Both the position numbers and the translations under genes were made by a program. The notes below the pieces were generated by a model that was not told the DNA's origin, did no database searches, and saw only the letters and a list, made by a program, of their open reading frames with translations. A stretch of 63,704 nucleotides of DNA, filler included, from Sluysia triapertura (lineage: Eukaryota): NCBI GenBank assembly GCA_046118255.1. It is 5 parts of 5 records of this genome, joined end to end, with 100 filler letters (N's around TTAATTAATTAA, not from the genome) between each part and the next. Parts side by side here need not be neighbours in the genome. Positions count along the whole stretch, not along the records: positions 11,449 to 23,870 come from JBJNIA010111312.1; 4 more parts are not named here. One strand, given 5' to 3'. Below are positions 14,311 through 23,970 of the stretch, piece after piece (position 1 is the stretch's first letter; each line of letters starts with the position of its first letter).

Positions 14311-14773
14311 TATTAGGTTCAGTTTTTTACAATTATGAAAAGTGCATACTGATCAAGAATTCTAAATAACAAAATGAATTTATTAAATCATTAGAAAAAA
14401 CAAATATCAGAGTCTCAATAGGTGCGATATTCTCCACCACAATCGATCACTTCCTTGGTGAGTTTTGATCGAAAAATTCTTCAATCCATGTTGTTATTGC
14501 TTCTTCGTTCTCCATAAATGCAACAAAGCATTCTGGTCGCTTCTGTAGCTTTTAAATGTTGATTAAAATAGAAAAGGAGTAGATGCCGGTAATGTTCATT
14601 GTTATCCTCCTGACACTCCATTTTAATGACGGTAATGATAATGAAAGGTAGTCTAAAATGATTTAAATAGATAATTCAGCTGAATGAATATAACTAAAAT
14701 CAGTTAAAACAAGAAGTTGGTGTGTTTTCTTTGCAACAAATAAAATCGCACAAATTTATGCACCAACCCAATA
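14311..14773 (-). mobile_element. Internally deleted mariner element
   Basis: TIR TATTGGGTTGGTGCATAAATTTGTGCG on the minus strand from 14773. N-terminus MECQEDNNEHYRHLLLFYFNQHLKATEATRMLCCIYGE (ATG at 14621) is fused to C-terminal remnants ...TWIEEFFDQ...VIDCGGEY. Confidence 0.85.
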
Positions 14774-16199
14774 ATTATTAAATAATATAATTAAACTATT
14801 TCTTTCTTTCTTTATTCTGTGTACGATTCTTATGTGCAGTATTCTATAATAATTTTTTATAATCAATTTCATCTACATCGACGAATCTCACGTACAAAAC
14901 AATGTAAGACTGGTTATACGTTATTTAAAATATGTAGTGTGCATAACGGGTGGGACGGATGTCCTTGTCTTCGTATTGTGAGTTATTGACATATGTCCTT
15001 TAAAAATACCGTGAATCCGCTGTTCGTTGCATAGTTAAAAGATTGCACGCCTGGTTAACAACTTAAAATATTTGCTCGACCATTTTATAATGCACATGCA
15101 TAATCATATTCACTCATTTTACAGTAACTTGTTGGTTTGTATTTAGTATATATTTCTTAATTTCTATTTTAAGATCTATATCAATTTCAAATCTATATCA
15201 ATTTCAAATCTATATCAATTTCTTCTAATTAATTTTTATTCTCTTTTGCTTATTTTTGTTTTCAGGACATTTGAAGAGGTTTTTAGATTTATTTGAAATT
15301 ATATTTATTTTATTTTATTATTTAATTTTAATTTTACTAAATCAGTTTATAATTAGTCTCTGTATCGTGAACATTAGTTCTGAACTTGTTTCTGATAGTA
15401 GAGATGAAAATGCAAATTTAGTAATTAAAATACTTTGTTTCAAATTTCTTCTACACCTGACAATAAATAACACTAAGGTGTATTTACGATTAGTGTATAT
15501 GTAAAATAAATAATTCTTCATTACACACTTCATTTTGTTATAAATTAAACATAATACTCATCATTTAAACTCATTATAATTTTTCATTTTAAAAATAATT
15601 AATAAGCTATAAACTTATTTTTAATATGTTCATTTTTAAGAATTATTAAGATAAGTTCGAACAGAAATAATAATTCTAATATTTTATTATTATTATTATT
15701 TTTATTATTATTATTATCATCGTTTTGAATTTATTTTATTAACGTTACTGGATTATTATCTGCTAATTTATTAACCTACATGAATTTATTCTATTAACGT
15801 TACTGGATTATTATCTTCAAAAATTACAAGTTGAATTTATTAATATAATTTATTGAATCCTCAAAATCTATAATTTTTTGAATCTGCAAAATCTATATAA
15901 GGAGGAAGTAAAGAACAATAAACCAACCAAAAAATAATTTTATCAAAACAATTTAAAAGATTCGCTGTGTGATTCGAAGAAAATTTGCTATTTATTGATC
16001 GAGATCATCGAAACAATTGACAGTAACAATTGAACTTTATTAATTGTTCGAGAGTTATCAAGGGTAGGATTATTATTTTTCTTTGTTCGAATTATTCAAA
16101 TCTTAATAAAATTTCAGAATAAAATATGTGTTTAATTTGTATTATTGTTAAAATGCATTAACTGTTTTTAATTGATTAAATAACTTTATTTTAGTTTGC

Positions 16200-16273
16200 T
16201 GATTTTCTCCTAAGGGGTGGGAAATATCATCCCGAAACATCACGCTAGGTCTTATTTTAGGGGAAGCACGGTA
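16200..16273 (-). mobile_element. pogo/Tc2-like terminal inverted repeat remnant
   Basis: Minus strand TACCGTGCTTCCCCTAAAATAAGACC resembles TA-CCGT pogo/Tc2 termini. Partner end not found. Confidence 0.5.
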
Positions 16274-16462
16274 GTAATGCTTTATATTTCCATTTTTCTA
16301 AAATCGCATGTATTTTCATTCTGATTCTTTTGTTTAATCTGTAACTTTCCCTATTTGTTATTTAAGTATAGTGAGATGCGTTTGATATTTTTGTATTCGA
16401 TTTTTTCTTAATTTCAGAACTTTTCAGCTGTTTCTTTTGAAGTTATTGTAAATAAAAAGAAA

Positions 16463-16523
<61 letters not shown>

Positions 16524-16966
16524 TAGATAAATGTTTCTAAGCGAAATGAAAATGTTCAAAGTAGTCTAAAATTAGCCCTTGAAGTAATTTTTGTGCTACT
16601 TTTTGATAATTATTTATCACAATAATCTTTTTATCATTAGTGTTAAAAAACCGTGACTTGAGCATGAAAAATACAATTTTTATCCCACCACCAAAACTGA
16701 CCACTAAATTATGCTTCTGAATATGTTGCCAAAAATGAAACATAATTATAAACAAAATAGCATCTTTAGAAAAAATAAAATATATAAACACTGAAAACTA
16801 GAATTAAGAGTTACTTAACTTGGAATGTATGACTTAATACTTAATTCTTAAAAGGTATTGTTCGGGCGTTACATACATACCTTAGTTACACAAAGGTTTT
16901 TTATTAGGTGATATTTTTTAAGGATTAATAAATTTATATTTAACAAAAAAGTTAAGTTATTAATCT

Positions 16967-17200
16967 TTAATCCATTTAAATTTCATGTTTTTTTATCCAC
17001 AATCTACTATATTTTTGCAAAAAGAGTTTTAGGTTTAAATGGGTTAACCTTTAAATGTATCATTTCATTGCGGGGAAAAATAGCCAATTTAACCTTTTGA
17101 GATCCACTGACCAGTTCTATTGAACATGTTTTTAAGGGCTCTTTCTAAATTTATTTTAAATTATTTCTTTCTAAAATTAACTTGGACTCCAAAGGGTTAA
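16967..17200. mobile_element. Two small TTAA-flanked piggyBac-type MITEs (16967-17047, 17089-17200)
   Basis: TTAATCCATTTAAA...TTTAAATGGGTTAA and TTAACCTTTTGAGATCCA...TGGACTCCAAAGGGTTAA imperfect terminal inverted repeats. Confidence 0.6.
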
Positions 17201-17246
17201 ATTTTAATGCAATAGTTTTTTATTTTGATTGAATTATTAATTTTAG

Positions 17247-17389
17247 ATGTATATAACTCATCAGTTGTATAATAGTTTATTTTACGCATTAACCGATGTA
17301 GCTGCAGATAAAGACATGGAAGTCAACTTAGCAACTAGAAGATTTCAGCATATTTGTGCGTCGAAGTCAGGAATTCGATTTGATGTGTG
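17247..17389 (+). CDS. ANKRD27: ANKRD27/VARP internal exon (pre-VPS9 helical region)
   Basis: ttttag|MYITHQLYNSLFYALTDVAADKDMEVNLATRRFQHICASKSGIRFDV|gtgagt. Aligns with recalled human VARP IYVHHEIYNLIF...EDAAFNKITRSLQ. Phase 2 end matches the next exon. Confidence 0.85.
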
Positions 17390-18082
17390 GTGAGTTGCTT
17401 GTTTTTATTAGAACATTTCTGAGTATCTTAAAAACAATTAAACATTCCTAACTCTTATATCTTGTTTATATATACCATACTACCAATTATGACTGACAAC
17501 TACGTAGTAGGAGATATCGAATATGTGGATTTAAAAATATCTTGCCTTATGTCTTGATCAAAACTATGTATCCATTAAAGTTATATTATTAAATAATCAT
17601 TTTATCAGCACCTTCAAATAAGTAGGTAGTCTGAAAATTCTACCCTATTGAAACTTCTATTTTCTAGTTTTATATCGTTTGCTATTTTTATCCTTACCAA
17701 ACTAAATTAAGGTATTTATCATTTTTAAATTTCTTACTTTTCCATATATATTTAATGATTAAACATTATATATTAAATTAAGTTGCTATTCCATTGTTTA
17801 ATGATGATAGCTATTTCTATACTTGAATTTTTCTTTAATCAAAACGAGGTTGACTTTTAAACTTGATTAATACTATTTCATAACACACTTATAAGATAAA
17901 TATACGTTGAATAAAATTTAACAATTATGATCAAATACAAATGTAAAATTTCATAACATCTGTACGGCTTAATTTCTTAGTATTTAAATTTTATTTATAA
18001 CTTAAATATTTGCAACATTGCATTTCAAATTCTTAAATTATATAAAATAAGGTAAACCATATAAAAACGAATTTTTTGTTAG

Positions 18083-18216
18083 TGAAAATATGCCTCGAGC
18101 GCGTAAAGAATTGTTAATGATTCGTTATGCTACAACTCCAATCGGTATTTCAGAATGCCTTCGTAAAACAATAGCAGAATTAAGTTATCTAAAGAAAACA
18201 TCCAATGATAAAAGTG
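18083..18216 (+). CDS. ANKRD27: ANKRD27/VARP exon, VPS9 domain
   Basis: ENMPRARKELLMIRYATTPIGISECLRKTIAEL versus human NIPRAKRELAQLNKCTSPQQKLVCLRKVV. Followed by a 35-nt GT-AG intron. Confidence 0.9.
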
Positions 18217-18251
18217 GTTAATGCTTTTTAATTTGATTTATGGTTATTTAG

Positions 18252-18360
18252 ATTCGAACACATTAAATAAAGATTCTTTAAGACAAACAATAATGGTAAC
18301 TAGTGATGATTTATTAAGTGCTTTGATATTCCTAATAATAAAATCCAATATTCCAAATTG
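18252..18360 (+). CDS. ANKRD27: ANKRD27/VARP exon, VPS9 catalytic Asp region
   Basis: MVTSDDLLSALIFLIIKSNIPNW versus human TMCADDLLSVLLYLLVKTEIPNW. Followed by a 37-nt intron. Confidence 0.92.
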
Positions 18361-18397
18361 GTTAATTTTTATTAACTATTTTAATTTTATTGTGTAG

Positions 18398-18463
18398 GTT
18401 CACTTATTTAGAATATGGTGTAAATTTTCATTTTGCAGCTTGTTCAAGAGATGATGAATATCA
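18398..18463 (+). CDS. ANKRD27: ANKRD27/VARP exon, VPS9 domain
   Basis: FTYLEYGVNFHFAACSRDDEY versus MANLSYIKNFRFSSLAKDEL. Splice sites tgtag / gtaagt, phases consistent. Confidence 0.88.
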
Positions 18464-18624
18464 GTAAGTTTTTGTTTTCATAAAATTTTATTTTAGAATA
18501 ACGTCATCTTAAAATTACACAATTCCTTATTTTATGTAATTTTTTTTGTTTAAATATTAAAATTAATGATTTTTTTAAAATTTTAAATTAGTGTGACTAT
18601 TTTATAAAATTTGTAAAATTTTAT

Positions 18625-18690
18625 TTCCATAATGATGGTTTCTGACATCTCTTCTGAAATGAGATGATATTATTTTAACTGAATATGGAA
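18625..18690 (+). ncRNA. Box C/D snoRNA, SNORD60/snR48-type (28S G in GAGGUGUCAGAAAAG)
   Basis: Perfect 7-bp terminal stem TTCCATA/TATGGAA; C ATGATGG 18632; D' CTGA 18654; C' ATGATAT 18664; D CTGA 18679. The D' guide TTTCTGACATCTCTT is antisense to conserved LSU rRNA (A)GAGGUGUCAGAAA. The +5 rule lands on the G equivalent to yeast Gm2793, in the same register as the recalled human U60 guide TTCTGACACCTCGT-ATGA. Confidence 0.85.
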
Positions 18691-18702
18691 TATATGCAAA
18701 TT

Positions 18703-18778
18703 TTAAACAGTTAATGATTACACTTCGCCCCTTTATGATAAAGGTGATTTGTGATTAGTCTAAATGAAGCCTGTTTAA
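18703..18778 (+). ncRNA. Box C/D snoRNA, SNORD80/snR60-type guide, copy 1
   Basis: Stem TTAAACAG/CTGTTTAA; C ATGATTA; D' ATGA preceded by TTCGCCCCTTT (antisense to LSU AGGGGCGAA; +5 is the yeast Gm908 equivalent); C' GTGATTT; D ATGA preceded by GATTAGTCTAA (antisense to AGACUAAUC). Confidence 0.85.
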
Positions 18779-18851
18779 TAATGCATAATTTGTTAAATGT
18801 GTTTGGAAAACTCTTGATTTAAGTTGATGTTTTATATTCAAGAAAGCACGT

Positions 18852-18920
18852 ACAAGCTAATGATTAAATTTCGCCCCTTTATGATAAAGGTGATTTATGA
18901 TTAGTCTAAATGAAGCTTGT
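18852..18920 (+). ncRNA. Box C/D snoRNA, SNORD80/snR60-type guide, copy 2
   Basis: Stem ACAAGCT/AGCTTGT; same boxes and both guides as copy 1 (D' guide TTTCGCCCCT). Confidence 0.85.
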
Positions 18921-19005
18921 TTAATATTATTAATTTGCAATATAGAGATTTCAGATCTCTTCGATTTGAGCCTGACCTTTTATAATTAAGGTAACATTCT
19001 ATTGT

Positions 19006-19076
19006 AACAAGCTAATGATTAAATTTCGCCCCTTTATGATAAGGGTGATATGTGATTAGTCTAACTGAAGCTTGTT
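19006..19076 (+). ncRNA. Box C/D snoRNA, SNORD80/snR60-type guide, copy 3
   Basis: Stem AACAAGCT/AGCTTGTT; C ATGATTA, D' ATGA, C' GTGATAT, canonical D CTGA at 19065; both guides intact. Confidence 0.85.
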
Positions 19077-19257
19077 TATTAAATAAAATAATTTATAAAA
19101 TTTATCCTCTGTATATGGTTTAGTTAAGTTCGATGTGTCTGTCAATAACGGTACAATATTTATGAAAACCGGCTTTTTGTCATTGAGGTTTTGCATATAA
19201 TTAAGTTCATTATTTTTTATTAGATCTAGTATAAATTGATATTTAAAATGCTTTTAG

Positions 19258-19471
19258 ATTTTATTTGACAACTCTGGAAGCTGCACTAGAGCATATTCGG
19301 AGTTTACCAAATCAAGACAGAACAACAGACATATTAGATGAGATTAATGAATCTGATGCTTATTGCAATCAATTGTTAAATGATGACATTAATGATACTA
19401 AATTAATTGATGATAGTCGATTCGGAGCAGCAGTTGCATATCATTTTAAGCAAACGAAACATTTATTTCAA
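19258..19471 (+). CDS. ANKRD27: ANKRD27/VARP exon, end of VPS9 domain
   Basis: cttttag|(Q)FYLTTLEAALEHIRS...QTKHLFQ|gtaatt versus human GYCLTSFEAAIEYIR...TDCLFK. Confidence 0.88.
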
Positions 19472-19699
19472 GTAATTTGTATTTCTTAAAGTATAAATTA
19501 CGTCACTTTAATAAAATAAATTAAAATTTATATTGTTTTTTGGTCATATTTATGATATGCAAGAATAAAAATAAAAACCGTATTGAAGATATCTACTGTC
19601 TATCTATTTATTGATTAGTCTATTAATTAATATAATCAATCAGTCCGTTCCATTTCTGAAAAATCTGTATATCGAATAAATATAATTGTTTAATTTTAA

Positions 19700-21750
19700 A
19701 ATGTTATTTATACGGGGATTGATAGTGGCACTTTATTTATAATTCTAATTTAAAAAACAACAAATGAGTCTAACATTTCTTATGAATCGCATTCGATTTC
19801 AAGTAAAACTATTGTAGAATCTATTTTAAAATCAATTTTATTATATATTATGAAAAATAGTGTTTTCAAGTAGACAATGTAATATTTTATTGTGATGGAT
19901 TTAATATTAGGTATTAGTTTTTTACATTCACATTTTCTTGTAATGTAGGAATATGTAATTGTCTTTAACTTGCCAAACAAAACAAAAGTGAATCATTAAT
20001 AAATTTGTTTCTTTAATAAAGGAAAAAATGCAATTAATAGAAAAGAAATTACCGTGCCAAAATGAATTGGAATATCCTAAACTGTAAGATTTAAAATCTC
20101 GAAGAGAAGCAAACTTTATTCGTTTTTACCATTTTTATTGAATTAGTTTGTTACGAACGATTATTTTTAATTTTAACGTTTATTATTTAATTAATTTTTA
20201 TTTTTTCAATGATTATTTTTATTTCATCTATTCAGTTGTAATTGATGGCGCATTTATCGTATTGGAAATTGTTTAGTTTAATGTATGATTAAATTAATAT
20301 TTTATTTATATCTTCGTTTAAACAATATTTAGTATTGTTAGAATTTTGAAACGTATTTTTTTACTACTTTACCTTTGGTAAAGTTTTTCGTAATTTTTTT
20401 TTCGTAAGGTTTTTTATAGCCTATAGATTTGGCGGTTTGAGACATTTCCGCATTTGTATTATTCATTAGGTTAAATGGAATTTTATATTTTTTGGTGCTT
20501 AGTTATTTCTTTCTATTTAATTGATTCGAATTTCTCGATTGATAGTTTAGTGATTTTAGAGTTTACAGTCATCCAAGAAAGTAGATCTGATTATTTTATC
20601 TTTATTTGTAATGGTTATTCAAAAAGAAATTTTCTAGCTGGTTCTTGTTTGTCGAAAACGTATGAATTGAAATTTGTTCGAATTTAAAAGCATGAAAGGA
20701 ACTGATTAAAGTTATGGATAGCGTTCACGAGAATTGTACAGTTATCTCATGTGCAACATAATCTTCATTAAGGGGTGATTATATTTGGCCTTATGGTTAT
20801 TTTTGTGATTTTAAAAGATGGCCTAATATAACACAATTTGTTTCTATCTTGATATTATATCTAGCATTGTATTATATTTTATTAATTTTTCTTTTAAGTT
20901 CTTTATATACGTAATGTTTTGTTTTTTAAAGATATAATGACAATTCTAAAATATAAGGATAAAATTGTATTAGATAAATACATTTAAAAATTTAAGACTT
21001 AAAACAATAATGACAAAGATATTAGTTTTAAACTTTGTTTTAGCATGTTTGACCATTCTCCTCCACCAAAGCCCTTGCCGCACTTCTCGGTTCCTGTCGA
21101 AATATTTACAAACTAAATCAAGAATTAAATTATACGTAAAACTGATACTTACAAAATCGTTTTTTGACTCAGTTATGTTGTCGATATATTCAAGCTGCGA
21201 TTGTTCTGCTTGTAAGGGTTATGAACCGTGGTCTAATTGCATAAGATCGTTTCCATTATTTGTTGACATAACTTTACTAACTAATTTTTTGTGTATAAGA
21301 ATGTAACACTTCGGATCACTTGATTTACTAAGGGATTCCTTATTTCTTCTTGATGGATAATTTATGACTGAATTGGCCTTATTTTTAACTTTTATAATCG
21401 AGTTTATCATAATAGCATTAATGAGTTCGTAGTTTTCTGAGGAGTTGTCATCGGAAAATTGATAATTTATATTATGACATAAATCGTGTTTTGATTCCTT
21501 GATACTCTTTAATGTATTATTGAAATTGATCATATAATCATTTCTAGATTCTTCTTCAGAATTAGCATCCGTATCATTATGAATTCTATTATCATCGTCG
21601 ATATCATCATTGTTGTTTTTATTGCCATTAGTAGTGGTAGTATTTAAAGAACGATTAAGATTAGTATCAACACTTACAAAATGAGACCAACAAATCGATT
21701 TCTTCAAAAAAATGTTCAAAAATTAACAATTAAAACAAAGATAATTGAAA
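19700..21750 (-). mobile_element. Highly decayed retroelement-like sequence
   Basis: The broken Asn/Asp-rich ORF 21219-21719 continues past its stop. PLNEDYVAHEIT (about 20750) resembles PLMHFTVADIIT in the 60470 ORF. Weak protease-like DIPIHFG near 20060. Confidence 0.35.
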
Positions 21751-22098
21751 TACAATGTAATATATAAACAGTTACTGTATGATCATTGGATAATTTAAAA
21801 AGTACTAAAGTAATTTGTAATTTCAAGTATTTTTCTTCTTCATTATTAAAAGGTAATTCATTATTTTTGAAAATGTTCCATTCTTCTTTATAAAATAATA
21901 TTCAATAAGTGCTCATTATTAAAAAACTTCATTATCTCCAAAAGTTACTTTATTTACTTACTACTTTAAGTAACAAATAAGTAATAAAAAATAAAATAAA
22001 CATTATTCATGATTTCATTGTTTTTATATACAACCACAAAAAGGATTTAACACATTTTTGTAACGTTCATTTAACATATTTTAACTTTGTTTTTTTAG

Positions 22099-22574
22099 TA
22101 TCCAAAATTCTATTGCTTATATAAGGAGCCAATTAAAATTATTGTGGAGTTCTCGTATGATTCGTTCAATGTTTGATGAGCTTTATGATCAACCATTATT
22201 AGATGGTTATTCTGGTAATAAAACAACGTCACTAACTCAACCACTAGCACCGCAATCATCTAATAATGATGTAACCAATAAAAATCAAACTACCTCGCCT
22301 AATCATTCAAAATTAAGTAACAATAAAAAGCCCAATGCATCAATTGGTGTACCATTATTTAAATTACCTCGATTGGCTAACAGTGGATCTTTTTGGAAAA
22401 AGTTAAATTCCAAACTATCATTGGCTAATTTGACACCACATGTAAATCAACAGTCACCACCACCACCACCCACTGGTTCCATTTCGCAAATTCCATTATC
22501 GATCCAGTCGGTTTGTATGTTATATTTCTTTACAACCAGTTGTCTGTCACAAATTCGGGATGATGTATTGGCTG
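22099..22574 (+). CDS. UBE3B: UBE3B (HECT E3 ubiquitin ligase) internal exon
   Basis: tttttag|IQNSIAYIRSQLKLLWSSRMIRSMF...IQSVCMLYFFTTSCLSQIRDDVLAG|gtaaga versus recalled human [25 protein letters not shown]...[25 protein letters not shown], with a low-complexity insert between the blocks. Confidence 0.8.
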
Positions 22575-22875
22575 GTAAGAGCGGTTTATTATTTACAAAT
22601 AGTTATATGTATTTAATAATGATAGTTATAGTCTTACGTCTTTAAATTCTCCTCGAAGTCTCTTCTTCTCTTTGATAAGTTTTTCTTAATTGTGCTTTGT
22701 GTAAAAACTCATAATTTATTTATATTTTTTTAATTGTTTATTGTTTTTATAAATTCTAACCTTATCAATTACTTCTATTATTCTTTACTGAATTAACTTT
22801 AAAATCTGAATTATTAATCTAATGATTTTTGATCTAAATTAAATTTACTTTATAATTCTAGCTTAAATATGCTAC

Positions 22876-23500
22876 TTAACACGTTCGCTACCAGCGTCGC
22901 GTCTACCTTATCAGATTTCGATAATATGTTACAGTTAAAAAATCCGATGCCATTTAAAGTCATTCAGTTAATAAAGTTAACTGAAGAAGAGTCTCTGTTC
23001 CTAAAGATAGAAGTGTTAATCCAGAATCTTAGTGAAATGCTAATATAATATTTCCAATCTCTTTTTTATAACTTTTCAACAGATGGAAGACAAATAAAAT
23101 TAAAAGAAAAAACTTTTATTCAAATTAAACAATGCACCTACAAAGTATTTCCGCTGTTTTTGTATGATTTTACAAAAAAGATTATATACAACATTAATTT
23201 AAATCGAATAATTTATATAATTTACACTGGAATTCGAATAAGATATAATTCGTTTACCTTGATATCCTTCTACATTTTCCAATACTCTTCTGTTGATTGT
23301 TGTTTTGTCTTCTTGTGCGATAAACTTATCGAATATCGAATCTCTGAATGTTTTTAAATCTTTGCGCTCTTTTTCGTTTATTAATTTTCAGCAGATATAT
23401 AAAAATATTTATATATACCTGATGTATTATTAATGAATTTTCTGCGCATATTATATAATATTAATGTGATATGTTACTAATTTCCAGCGTCTACAATATA
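22876..23500 (-). mobile_element. piggyBac remnant (3' end)
   Basis: TTAACACGTTCGCTACCAGCG terminus; minus-strand fragments RRW, RRKFI and a Cys-rich tail. Confidence 0.45.
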
Positions 23501-23712
23501 TTAAATTTATATCAATTTTATAAAATTCTTTACTAATTTATTAATTTAATTTTGTCTAGCAGTATACGAGCTCCGTTAATATACAATTTTATTGGTATTA
23601 TATGGCTATCTTATATGACTCATCATTTTCATATTTACAAAGTTAAACTGATTCAAATGATTACGTAAACTTTTTTAGTAGTATAGTTTAATATTTCAGA
23701 ATTCATTGATAA

Positions 23713-23870
23713 TACAGTAGACTCCCGTATAACGCGAGTTTATACAACGCGTTAAAAAAAGTGCGACGACTTTATTGATATAACGCGATTCCCGTATAAC
23801 GCGGTATAGAATAAAATACGGGAATTTCCCTTTTAAACACTGTATAGATACATTTAATTTTTATGCACTC
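23713..23870. mobile_element. Tigger/pogo-type MITE end
   Basis: TA|CAGTAGACTCCCGTATAACGCG with internal repeats of ATAACGCG; truncated by the spacer. Confidence 0.6.
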
Positions 23871-23970
23871 NNNNNNNNNNNNNNNNNNNNNNNNNNNNNN
23901 NNNNNNNNNNNNNNTTAATTAATTAANNNNNNNNNNNNNNNNNNNNNNNNNNNNNNNNNNNNNNNNNNNN
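23871..23970. other. Artificial contig spacer
   Basis: 44 N + TTAATTAATTAA + 44 N. Confidence 0.98.

Noticed and set aside
17796-17861. Additional C/D snoRNA (ATGATGA with GTTTAA/TTAAAC stem)
   Set aside because: D boxes are only TTGA and I could identify no rRNA or snRNA complementarity.
18703-19076. CRISPR-like repeat-spacer array or miRNA cluster
   Set aside because: Eukaryotic intron with no cas genes. The repeats have C/D boxes and rRNA-antisense guides that explain them fully.
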